DNA of 64,000 nt from an uncultured Dehalococcoidia bacterium (GTDB taxonomy: Bacteria > Chloroflexota > Dehalococcoidia > Lucifugimonadales > CAJWER01): positions 1,371,158 through 1,435,157 of the forward strand of contig OY282442.1 of assembly GCA_958296115.1 (NCBI GenBank), in the 5' to 3' direction. The number at the start of each line of letters is the position of its first letter. Within the stretch, counting starts at the first letter, position 1. The position numbers and the translations under genes are program-made. A model generated the notes under the pieces. That model was not told the origin of the DNA and did no database searches. It saw only the letters and a program-made list of their open reading frames with translations. This document shows, in pieces, positions 7,805-16,264 of the stretch.

Positions 7805-10294
7805 CTACAACCCACGCACCGCCTCTTCCAGGATAGCCGTCGCCTCCTCGTATGACGTCCCGCGAGCGAACGTGATGGGCTGGCCGAAGCGCACCTCCAC
7901 GTCGCCCCGGCGGAATATCGGGAAGCCCGTTGGCGAGCCGATGTTGCGGATATGCAGATTGATTGGCACGACCGGAATGCCCGACTCCACTGCCGCCAGC
8001 CCCGTCCCGCCCCTGAAGGACTTCATCGGCCCGCCAACCGTCAGCTCGCCCTCAGGGTAGATCATCGCCGACCAGCCGTCGTCCAGGATGCGCCCCATGT
8101 TCTCCAGGCTGGCGCGAACTGCGCCCCCCTTCGAGAACGGGAAGCCGTTGCCTATGAGCGGGTGCGTTACGCGGTACGCCGGATTGCGCCACATCTCCTC
8201 CCACGCCGCGATTGCCACCCTCCTCCGATGTCGCGCCGGCATGGCCTTGAGGATAATGCCGTTGTCGAGGCGCAGGCAGTGGTTCGCGGCGAATAGCGCC
8301 TGCCCGTCCAGCCCGGCGACGTTCTCCGCGCCCACTACCTTGAGCCGATACAGCCAGCGCAGCGCCGGGAAGATGACCACGCGCTGGATGACATCCCTCA
8401 GTGGCTTGCACCACCAGCTCATCCCCCAGCGCGGGAACTTCTTGTCCTCAGGGGCGCGCGAGCCCTGGGCGACCATCTCGGCGAGGGCCGCGACCGTCGT
8501 CCCCTGCTCCATCGCCGATTCGTCGAGATAGACCCCGAGATCCTCTTCGATTGCCGACAGGAGCTCCACGCGCTTCAGCGAGTCCATGTCCAGGTCGCCG
8601 TCCAGCGTCTTGCCCGCTTCGACCTGCGACACGGGAACCTCGGCCACCTCCGCTACGACTCCCTCCAGGGTGGGCGCGGCTTGGCCTGAGGGCTGCGGCG
8701 CCGACGCCTCCGGCTTGCCGCCCTCTGCGCTCGACAACATCTCGGCGAGCAGCGCCTTCTTGACCTTGAGGGTGTGCGTGCGAGGAAAATCCTCGTCGGG
8801 CCAGACTGTGAACCCGCGCACTCGCTGGTGTTCGGCGAGCTCCCCGTTGACCCATGCCACCGCGTCGGCGGCCTGCCCGGAGTCCGCCATGAGCAGCGCC
8901 GCGTGTACCTGCGGACCGGAGTCTCTGGGCAGGCCGACCACCGCGGCATCCTGCACCGCGCCGTGCTTCACCAAGGCGGCCTCGATGTCCTCGGGATAGA
9001 CGTTCAGGCCGCTTCCGAGTACTATCATGTCCTTCTTGCGCCCCTTCAGATGCAGGAACCCCCGCTCGTCGAACTCGCCCTGGTCGCCCGTCTTGTACCA
9101 GCCGTCCTCGAACGACGACGACGTAGATTCCGGAGCGTTCCAATAGCCCTGCGTAACGTTCTCGCCCCTAACCAGAACCTCGCCGTCGCCCGCTATCCTG
9201 ACCTCGACGCCCGGCAGAGGCGGGCCGGGAGAGTCGTAGCGTGGTGCGGTCTGGGGATGGCACGTGATGACGGGCGACGTCTCGGTGGCGCCGTAGCCCT
9301 GTATCACCTTCACGCCGAGGCGGTTCCACGCGGCTCCGAGGCCCGGGTCCAGCGGAGCTCCGCCCGCGAAGATGAAGGACAGCTTGCCGCCGAACCTCTT
9401 GTGTACCTGCCTGAAGAGCAGCCGGCGAAGGGGGAATGGCAGTCGCTCGGCAATCTTCATCAGCCTGGCCCACAGCGCTTCCTTGCCCTGCCGGCGCACC
9501 TCTCGCTCAATGCCCTTCATGAAGAGGTCGAGCAGCTGCGGCACCAGTATCATCATCGAGACGCGCCGCTCCTTCATCGTCCTGAACAACACCGTCGGCT
9601 GCCTCGCCGTCGGATATGTGACGTTCGCGCCGGCGGCCAGGGGCACCAAGAGGCCGCCCATCTGCTCGAGCATGTGGCTCAGCGGCAGAATGGACATCAG
9701 GCGGTCGGAGCTCTTGCCAGGCGCGGCCTGTGTGACGGACGCGAGGTTTGCCATGATGTTGCGGTGTGTGAGCATGACGCCCTTGGGGTCGCCCGTCGTC
9801 CCCGACGTGAACATCAGCTCTGCAAGGTCGTCTGGGCCTATGTCCATGCCGCGGGGCGAGGCCATACCCGCCGCAAGCCCCTCGAGCTCCTCGAAATCAA
9901 TCTCGGGAACGCCAAGCTCGGCGTGGTAGCGCGGCGTTGCGCGCGAGACGAACGACAACTTGGCATTCACCCTCGACGCGACGTTCTCCACGAAGTCGCG
10001 GGAGCTGCGAAGGTCTATCGGAACGGCAACGACCCCGGCCCGGAGGCACCCGAACATGGCGATGACCCACTGGGGACAGTTCGGCCCCCATATCAACGCG
10101 CGGTCGCCCTTGGTCAGCCCTCGCTCGTTCAGCAAGGCGGCGATTCGCCCGGAGCTGTCCCACAGGTCCGCGTAACTCCAGCGCTGGTATCGGAAGCCAG
10201 GCTTGAACAGCAATGCCGGGCGGTCCCCAAACTCGCCCGCGCAAGCCTGCAGGAAGTCCACCAGCGTCTTCTCGTTGGGCTTGTTCCCCGCCAT
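7805..10294 (-). CDS. Tri-domain acyl-AMP ligase - acyl carrier domain - lysophospholipid (PlsC-type) acyltransferase
   Basis: Adenylation motifs MFTSGTTGDPKGV, GYGATE, YKTGD and GRKKDMI. Carrier motif LDMDSL. Acyltransferase motifs NHCLRLD (HX4D) and YPEGE. The ATG at 10294 has an AAGGGGA RBS, and there is an alternative GTG start at 10309. Confidence 0.8.
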   Translation of the reverse strand: MAGNKPNEKTLVDFLQACAGEFGDRPALLFKPGFRYQRWSYADLWDSSGRIAALLNERGLTKGDRALIWGPNCPQWVIAMFGCLRAGVVAVPIDLRSSRDFVENVASRVNAKLSFVSRATPRYHAELGVPEIDFEELEGLAAGMASPRGMDIGPDDLAELMFTSGTTGDPKGVMLTHRNIMANLASVTQAAPGKSSDRLMSILPLSHMLEQMGGLLVPLAAGANVTYPTARQPTVLFRTMKERRVSMMILVPQLLDLFMKGIEREVRRQGKEALWARLMKIAERLPFPLRRLLFRQVHKRFGGKLSFIFAGGAPLDPGLGAAWNRLGVKVIQGYGATETSPVITCHPQTAPRYDSPGPPLPGVEVRIAGDGEVLVRGENVTQGYWNAPESTSSSFEDGWYKTGDQGEFDERGFLHLKGRKKDMIVLGSGLNVYPEDIEAALVKHGAVQDAAVVGLPRDSGPQVHAALLMADSGQAADAVAWVNGELAEHQRVRGFTVWPDEDFPRTHTLKVKKALLAEMLSSAEGGKPEASAPQPSGQAAPTLEGVVAEVAEVPVSQVEAGKTLDGDLDMDSLKRVELLSAIEEDLGVYLDESAMEQGTTVAALAEMVAQGSRAPEDKKFPRWGMSWWCKPLRDVIQRVVIFPALRWLYRLKVVGAENVAGLDGQALFAANHCLRLDNGIILKAMPARHRRRVAIAAWEEMWRNPAYRVTHPLIGNGFPFSKGGAVRASLENMGRILDDGWSAMIYPEGELTVGGPMKSFRGGTGLAAVESGIPVVPINLHIRNIGSPTGFPIFRRGDVEVRFGQPITFARGTSYEEATAILEEAVRGL

Positions 10295-10452
10295 GCGAGT
10301 CCCCTTCACCTAGGCTCTGGGGGCGCCTGCCTCTGAACGCGGCGTGGGCGCCGCAGCCTCGGGGTCCCCATAGTTCTCGTCCCATCAACTGGCATCATAC
10401 CAGACTCTACCACGCCCGGTTGCGCCGCGCGTCTCCTTCCACGAGGTTCGAT

Positions 10453-11172
10453 CTACGCCCTGGCAGCTGGCAGCCGCTCCACCAGCAGCTCCAGCTCGCG
10501 GCGCCCATTTGCCCTGAGCGGCTGGTAGTGGCTGAAGCAGATGGTGTCGAAGTCCAGCTGGAGAAGCTTGGCGAGGGACTCGTGCGCCTGGCGAACGTCG
10601 GCCGTAACCGCTTCGGACGGCGGGCCGAGCCTCCCGAAGCGGAACTGCATGGCGTCGCCCACGACGAGGACGCCCTTGCCGGGAATGAGCAGGCAGATGC
10701 TCCCCGGCGTGTGGCCGGGCGTATGCACAACCCTGACCTCTTCCTCGAAAGGCAGCGCCTCGCCGTCCTCCAAGCGTATGTCAACGGATGCCGCCCTGCC
10801 GTACAGCGCAGTTACGACGGGTCGCGTTACACCCGCAACGATTCGGTTCCTGTACGGGTCCGGCCTCGGCTTTGAGCCATCGATGAACCCCGCGTCGAGC
10901 CGGTGAGCCGCAACCCTCGCGTTCGTCCCTGCGACCAGCCTCTCAAGGCCGCCCACGTGGTCGGGGTGGTAGTGGGTAACGGCTATCACCGAGACCTGCT
11001 CCGGCCGTATTCCCAGCGCCTCGAGACCGGAGAGTATGAACCCGGCGCTGCCATTCCCGCCGGCGTCTATCAGGAGGGCGCTGCGCTCCGCCGCAAGAAC
11101 GGTAACACGCGCAGCTACTGCGTGTACCTGGTACAGCCCCGGCGCTACCTCTATCGGATTGGCGAGCTTCAA
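10453..11172 (-). CDS. MBL-fold metallo-hydrolase
   Basis: 239 aa with the metal-binding motif VTHYHPDHVGG and a later HTPGHTPG. Confidence 0.8.
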   Translation of the reverse strand: MKLANPIEVAPGLYQVHAVAARVTVLAAERSALLIDAGGNGSAGFILSGLEALGIRPEQVSVIAVTHYHPDHVGGLERLVAGTNARVAAHRLDAGFIDGSKPRPDPYRNRIVAGVTRPVVTALYGRAASVDIRLEDGEALPFEEEVRVVHTPGHTPGSICLLIPGKGVLVVGDAMQFRFGRLGPPSEAVTADVRQAHESLAKLLQLDFDTICFSHYQPLRANGRRELELLVERLPAARA

Positions 11173-11235
11173 ACCTTGCCCTGCCGTATGATACCACTGC
11201 GGATGGGCTGATTCAGGATAGTGTCATGGGGCAAT

Positions 11236-11303
11236 CTCCCCAAAATTGCCCCAAAATTCCCCCAGATCGCCCCTTGACACCGCGAGAACAGCCGTGCTAG
11301 TCT
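11236..11303 (+). promoter_or_regulatory. Sigma-70-type promoter with phased A-tract (UP-like) repeats, copy 1
   Basis: TTGACA at 11274-11279, an 18-nt spacer ending in TGc, and TAGTCT at 11298-11303. It is preceded by the ~11-bp phased units aaaattgcccc / aaaattccccc / agatcgcccc. The whole arrangement is conserved in the second copy. Confidence 0.45.
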
Positions 11304-11308
11304 AGTAG

Positions 11309-11748
11309 ACGGCCCGAAGGGGCGTACACCAAACGAGCACAGAACCACCTCTGCCAAATCTGGGCATTCATGCCGTCGCTGATGTTGGGACGGGACCACC
11401 TGCGGTATGAGAAGGTCCGGCTGTGTTTCGGCGCCTCGCCAGGAGGACGCAGTGCCAAATGCGTCTCCCCCGTTCCAGGTGCGGACTCTCGGACGACCGG
11501 GAGGACCGTAGCCAGCGCAGCCCGACGCCTTGGCGGGTGGAAGGACGAAGCGCGAAACGCAGGCGGTCCCGCAAGGGCCCGTCAGCCGTCCGGGAAAGTT
11601 AGAGGAGGGGCTGCACCCCCAATGTCGGCGGGCGATCGACGTCGGCATCCTCGAAGCAAGTACCGGAGTCACTGCCTTGCAAGGCAAACTCATCTCCCGC
11701 GAGAGCGGGGGAAACCAGGAGTAGACAGGACGCGGGTCCCAGACCCGC
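11309..11748 (+). ncRNA. Candidate ~440-nt structured ncRNA of unknown family, copy 1
   Basis: Non-coding interval immediately downstream of the promoter. Hairpins are capped by GNRA loops only on this strand: cucccgc-GAGA-gcggggg, ggtccc-GCAA-gggccc and cucucgg-ACGA-ccgggag. It ends in the hairpin gcgggtc-cca-gacccgc (11732-11748). A second copy lies at 50825-51265. Confidence 0.45.
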
Positions 11749-11751
11749 CAA

Positions 11752-12110
11752 GTACCCTCTCCCTCACGGGGGAAAGGGCCAGGGTGAGGGCAAACGCCCC
11801 GCCCTGCGTCCCCTCCCCCAAAGGGAAAGGGCTAGGAGACAAGGGCGATAAGCCCGCAAAAGGAGCCGACCGAGACGAAACGAACATAGCCGAAGGCGCC
11901 AACAAGGCCCCAGCCTTCATCACCCCTCTCCTCACGGGGGGAGAGACCCAAGGGTGAAGGCAATTCAGCGCGCCCGTCTTGTCCCCCCTCCCTTGACGGG
12001 AAAGGGATAGGGTGAGGGTGACTCCCCCTCGCCCCAAAAGGACCGCAGGCGGGACGCCTGCCACATCCCCTCTCCCCTGACGGATAGGGGCAATTCAGCG
12101 CGCCCGCCTC
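11752..12110. repeat. Array of REP-like palindromic elements (ccctctccc-N4/5-gggagaggg family), copy 1
   Basis: At least five degenerate hairpin units, for example 11921-11948 and 11981-12012, interspersed with gggtgagggtga modules. The array is homologous to 50470-50822 in inverted orientation. Confidence 0.75.
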
Positions 12111-12196
12111 ATCCCACGCTGGCGGGAGACACGTAGTTTGCCCTGCCGGGCGGACTGGACGAGGGGCCATTTAGACGTGATTGCCCCTGGATAGTG

Positions 12197-12799
12197 TCAC
12201 GGGTCGGATGGACCGGGTACCTCTACAGGCGGCTCGTCCCTGAAACGAAAAGACCAGGGGCCGTCAGCGCCGTCCGCCGGGGCATCGAAGATAGAGACCC
12301 ACGGCCTCGGCGCGCCGCCGGGTCTCAACAGCGCGGTCTCGGTAAGCTCGTAACCGCCGGGCGACTTGGCCCAGGCGGCGAGGCCAGACTCCGAGCTCCG
12401 CAGCGTCGCGCCGTCTGGCGTGGTCATCGAAAAGTCGTCCTGCGACACGCGGATATCTTCCCCGGAGCCGTTGGCGAGGACGTACCGCACCTCGACGAAT
12501 ACGCCTTCCGGCTCTGTTCCGCCTATATGAGGCAGGAGCCGGGCGCCGCTGACCGCTATCACAACCGTCGCTGGCTGCGGCGAAGCTGGCGGGGGGTCCG
12601 GTCCACCTGAACAGGCGACCGAACATGCCATAACCGCCGCGGCCAAAGCATGGGCTTGAGTGACGAATCGCGCGGTTACTCCTCGCCGAATCGGAGCACC
12701 TGCTGAAGTGAAAGCCGTCGGACCACGATAACGACGGCAGTGATTATCAACGTGAACGCTGCGACGATGGCCGCGTACGTCAAGGCAAGGGCCGCCCAA
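12197..12799 (-). CDS. Putative lipoprotein, DUF4352-like beta-sandwich (start uncertain)
   Basis: Signal-like RRGVTARFVTQAHALAAAVMACSVAC with a lipobox Cys, followed by a Pro-rich linker and a beta-rich domain. The only canonical start, ATG 12799, overlaps the upstream FtsX gene by ~120 nt, so the true start may be non-canonical near 12690. Confidence 0.45.
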   Translation of the reverse strand: MGGPCLDVRGHRRSVHVDNHCRRYRGPTAFTSAGAPIRRGVTARFVTQAHALAAAVMACSVACSGGPDPPPASPQPATVVIAVSGARLLPHIGGTEPEGVFVEVRYVLANGSGEDIRVSQDDFSMTTPDGATLRSSESGLAAWAKSPGGYELTETALLRPGGAPRPWVSIFDAPADGADGPWSFRFRDEPPVEVPGPSDP

Positions 12800-15700
12800 T
12801 CGACGTCGAGGGCGTAAGGCGGCAGGGCCCTGCCGCCGGTGTCGTCATGGCCGAGGAAAGTCATGATAGTCGCGCCCACCTGGCCGCCCATCCAGGTGCC
12901 CAGCGCCAGGCCTGCGACCACCATCAGGGCCTGCTCCAGCCAGACGAGCGTGGAAAGCTGGTTCATCGAGAGTCCGACGGCGCGGAGCAGCGCGAACTGG
13001 CTCTCACGCTCCCTGAAGGAGACGTAGGTGTGTACGAGGAAGCCGATGCAGCTCAGTATCATCACCGTGACGAACGCGACGTTCAGCAGGGCGCGCCAGC
13101 CCGCGTCCAGCAAGGGATCGACCTGTGTCGTGGCGAGGAGGGCCTCTCGGTCGTGGACGGTGGAGCTGTTGAAAGGCGAGACCCTGAGCCGCTCTGCAAG
13201 CTCGCTCCTGTCGGCCAGCCCCTCCTGGGTGACCAGCCACGCCTCGTTGGGCGCCACGATCTCCCCGTAGGTAGCCTCTATGTTCGAGACCAGGGTCAGC
13301 GACCCCAAGTCCGCGACGAGCCAGGGTTCCGCAACCGTATTCAACGTGGGGAAGTAGTCCATGGCGCCGGCGATGCGGACCGGCAGGCGACCGCCTCCTA
13401 CGGTTACGTCGAACTCGTCGCCAACCGAGTGTCCGGAGTCCTTCAGGAACCTTTCGGAGGCTAGGACGGACAAGGGCGAGATGGCCTGTCCGTGGTGAAT
13501 CCCCCTGCTCGTTCTGGGCATACCGCCCGCCCATGCGAAGAGCGCCGAGCCTCCACCCCCTTCAGCGGCGTTGGACGAGTGGCGCAACGAGTCAGAGACG
13601 GACTCTGAAGTAGTCTCCAGCGCGCTCCATCCATCCGTGCCGTCGAAGTCCTCCAGCGTGACCGTCTGCCCGGCGTCGGTAATGGCGCTGATTTCGTCTA
13701 TCAGAATCCAGCCGGGTTCGAGCTGCCTACGGTCGTTCCGTTCGCTCACCACGACCGAGAGCAGGCGAAGAGGCGGCACCGGTATGACCCACCGGTTGCT
13801 TGAATCGAAGCGCCTTCCGTGCAGGCTTGCCGACATCCGCGTCCATTCGGTCGCGGTGAGGACGCCGAGCGAGTACGAGAAGTGCCGGTCGTTCGCGTCC
13901 CGCAATCGGATGACCACCTCCAGCGATTCGTATGGCCGGTCGGCCCGCACCCTGGCGTCTATGTGGCTTGCGTCGAGAGGGACGGCGACCCCGTCCGGCA
14001 AGGGGGAGTGCTCTAGGGACGCAAGCGCCTCCTCCAATGGGACCTCGGCGAAGTCCGGGCGATGCCACGCGACGTCCGGGAAGGCGGCCGCGTCCACCGC
14101 CAGGATGTTGACCGGCTTGCCGGGGGTCGTGCTCAGGTCGAACGCCCTGCCCCGGTGCGCCGGCATGACCCTATCGATGCCCTCCACGTCCTCGTACTTG
14201 CCGGTGAATGGCGTGGTGAGGCCCCTCGGCTCCGGCAGGACGCCCTGGACCCGCATGTCGCTGCCCGTCGAGTAGAGCGCGCGCTCTTTGTAGTTGAGCT
14301 GCAGGGTTCCTCCCACGCTGGCGACGAAAACGCCGAGCCCCGCCATCAAGACCAGCAGCATGGACAGTCTGGCGTAATGCGTGGGGTTGCGCGCCATCTG
14401 CCACAGGCCCAGCGCAAGGCCGGCCGGGAGCCGGGTTGACATGAGCCGGCTCCCGAGCGACAGGGCAAGAGGCAATAGCCGCAGCAGCGCCATCGCCGAG
14501 GCGGTGAGCGCCAGGGCCGGCATCGCTAGGAGGACCTGGTCGACCACCGTCTCGCCAAACACATTCGTCGCGGCGATGGAGCCCTGCTCGGATAGCTGGC
14601 GGAACATGAGCAGCGCCGCCGCCAGGAGAGCCACGTCGAGATAGTACCTTTGGAACCAGGGTTGGCGCGCCGGTCTCGCCGATTCCTGGCGGTATCGAGC
14701 TACACCGGTCCTCGACGCCTGCACGGCCGGGACGAGCAGCGCGCCGAACGTGAGGAACGCTCCAAGGGCGCTCATCCAATATGACCCGCCCGATATGTTC
14801 ACCGGAAGAGCCGAGCCGCCCGTCAGATCCGAGAAGGCTGGCGTGTAGCCGAGCGAGCCTATTGCGAGCCCCGCAATCAATGGCCCCGCGAGCGCCGCCG
14901 CTAACGACAGCGTGGCTGCCTCGACCAGGAACACGGCGAGTACCTGGACAGACGTCGCTCCGCGGCTCCGAAGAAGGACGATTTCGCCGCGCTGCCGCGC
15001 CATGACCATCGAAGCGATCATGACTATGTAGTAGAGGATGACGATGACGATGAGGACCATTGCCACCAGCATCGGCAGCTTGGTGAAGAAGTGCCTGCGC
15101 TCGAAATCGCGCAGCGCGTCATCGAGGCCGGTAATCTGCTCATATGCGTAGAGGTTGGAGCCGAGCCTGTCGCGCAACACCCTGAGTCCGACGAGGGCGT
15201 CGAAGGAGTTGCGGGCGTTGAGCCGACCCCTATCCACGTCGAGGTGCCAGGCGTAGATGCTGTCGAGACGCGGGAACGACGGACCGAGCGCGTCGAAGTA
15301 GGTCTCTTCGGAGATGTATAGCTGGAGCGGCCGGAAGTTGATTTGCGTCCCGCGGAGCAGCACCCTCTCCCCCAGGTCGCGGAGCCCCGCGGCATCCTCG
15401 GCCGCGTCGAACAACCCGCTGATGGTCACCACGACGTGGGGAGTGGTCCCCTCGCTGACGGGAACGGCGGCGATGCGGTCTCCGGCGGCAAGGCCAAACG
15501 ACTCGGCCTGGTCAGCGGGAACGACGGCCTCCAGCGCAAGGGGCTCGCCTGGCGCGTTAAGTCTCTCGTCCCGGGGCATCCTTCCCCCGGAGCGGAGCTC
15601 CGCGCTGGTCTCCAAGCCGGTGATGAATACGAAATTCGCCCTGCCGTCGCTGTCCCAAGGGGACTCCGGGCTGTCGAGCTGGTCGGGAGTCGTAACCGCG

Positions 15701-16047
15701 AAGACCGCCGACTTGCCTGTCCGCGTGATGTTCCTCGCCGTCCAACCTGCAAGGGGCCTCATCTGGGCGTTCAGTATCGAGGAGACCGCCTGGTACTGCT
15801 CGTCGGTCGTCGGCCCTTTTTCCGTAACCAGCACGACGTTGACGTCCGCCTCGGGCAGGCCGTCTAGCGTGAACCTGAGCGCAAGGTCCCTGAGAGAATC
15901 GAAGTATAGGACTGTGCCCGCCATCATGGCCGAGGTGAGCAGCGCGCCCACGACGACCGGGGAGAGCAGGCGCCAGCGCGCCAGGCCGCGGCGGACCACG
16001 AGCTGCCATATCGAGAAGAGGCGTGAGAGCCTGATGCGAAAACCCAT
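12676..16047 (-). CDS. Large FtsX-family ABC transporter permease (two FtsX modules, MacB-like)
   Basis: 1123 aa with two 4-TM FtsX-type bundles (about aa 330-470 and 990-1110), each preceded by a large soluble domain. No cognate ATPase gene is adjacent. Confidence 0.75.
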   Translation of the reverse strand: MGFRIRLSRLFSIWQLVVRRGLARWRLLSPVVVGALLTSAMMAGTVLYFDSLRDLALRFTLDGLPEADVNVVLVTEKGPTTDEQYQAVSSILNAQMRPLAGWTARNITRTGKSAVFAVTTPDQLDSPESPWDSDGRANFVFITGLETSAELRSGGRMPRDERLNAPGEPLALEAVVPADQAESFGLAAGDRIAAVPVSEGTTPHVVVTISGLFDAAEDAAGLRDLGERVLLRGTQINFRPLQLYISEETYFDALGPSFPRLDSIYAWHLDVDRGRLNARNSFDALVGLRVLRDRLGSNLYAYEQITGLDDALRDFERRHFFTKLPMLVAMVLIVIVILYYIVMIASMVMARQRGEIVLLRSRGATSVQVLAVFLVEAATLSLAAALAGPLIAGLAIGSLGYTPAFSDLTGGSALPVNISGGSYWMSALGAFLTFGALLVPAVQASRTGVARYRQESARPARQPWFQRYYLDVALLAAALLMFRQLSEQGSIAATNVFGETVVDQVLLAMPALALTASAMALLRLLPLALSLGSRLMSTRLPAGLALGLWQMARNPTHYARLSMLLVLMAGLGVFVASVGGTLQLNYKERALYSTGSDMRVQGVLPEPRGLTTPFTGKYEDVEGIDRVMPAHRGRAFDLSTTPGKPVNILAVDAAAFPDVAWHRPDFAEVPLEEALASLEHSPLPDGVAVPLDASHIDARVRADRPYESLEVVIRLRDANDRHFSYSLGVLTATEWTRMSASLHGRRFDSSNRWVIPVPPLRLLSVVVSERNDRRQLEPGWILIDEISAITDAGQTVTLEDFDGTDGWSALETTSESVSDSLRHSSNAAEGGGGSALFAWAGGMPRTSRGIHHGQAISPLSVLASERFLKDSGHSVGDEFDVTVGGGRLPVRIAGAMDYFPTLNTVAEPWLVADLGSLTLVSNIEATYGEIVAPNEAWLVTQEGLADRSELAERLRVSPFNSSTVHDREALLATTQVDPLLDAGWRALLNVAFVTVMILSCIGFLVHTYVSFRERESQFALLRAVGLSMNQLSTLVWLEQALMVVAGLALGTWMGGQVGATIMTFLGHDDTGGRALPPYALDVDWAALALTYAAIVAAFTLIITAVVIVVRRLSLQQVLRFGEE

Positions 16048-16264
16048 GAACCTATTTCAAGCCATATCCGATCCAGGCGTTTCGGCCCAGCGGGGAATCA
16101 TCATGCGCTTCACCTTGCAAGGCGGCGTGACGCTCATAAGAGTACACTATTGCCGCGGAGCTCACTATGAGACAGTCCCATGACTTGCGTCCCCGCAGTC
16201 CCGCGCCGCCGCCCGAGCGCGTGATACACTTACCCCGCCTTGCAGAACAGGTGGACGCGGAGCG

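Noticed and set aside
11371-11440. A hammerhead-like CUGAUG ... GAA core in copy 1.
   Set aside because: The CUGAUG is changed to CUGCUG in copy 2, and the surrounding helices do not fit a hammerhead three-way junction.
11330-11470. A diversity-generating retroelement (template/variable repeat pair) as the explanation for differences clustered in the 5' part of the two RNA copies.
   Set aside because: The substitutions are not adenine-specific; only about 4 of ~13 involve A in one copy. No reverse transcriptase or target gene is nearby, and both copies are intergenic.
11530-11724. A 64-aa ORF (MAGGRTKRETQAVPQGP...) conserved in both copies of the RNA block (also at 50849-51043), which could be a small protein.
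   Set aside because: The underlying DNA is ~99% identical between the copies, so conservation says nothing about coding. All frames are equally conserved. It has a TTG start with no RBS and an Arg/Gly-rich composition, and the region folds into GNRA-capped hairpins.
11309-11748. Whether the structured RNA is RNase P RNA, tmRNA, SRP/4.5S RNA, 6S RNA or a group I/II intron.
   Set aside because: It lacks the RNase P P4 elements (GAGGAAAGUCCGG with ACAGAAxCCGGCUUA pairing), a tRNA-like T-arm and ...UCCACCA end, and a tag ORF. It also lacks the SRP domain IV consensus, the GUGYG 5' end and a domain V. Two copies would be unusual for those genes. This is an eye check only and needs cmscan.
12036-12062. 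A terminator-like hairpin, gcaggcg-gga-cgcctgc, with a nearby T/A run inside the REP arrays (also at 50474-50500 and 51406-51435).
   Set aside because: The U-tract is separated from the stem by 5 unpaired nt and is only 4-5 nt long. The motif is part of the duplicated repeat block, so its position relative to genes is not independent evidence. It is left unannotated.
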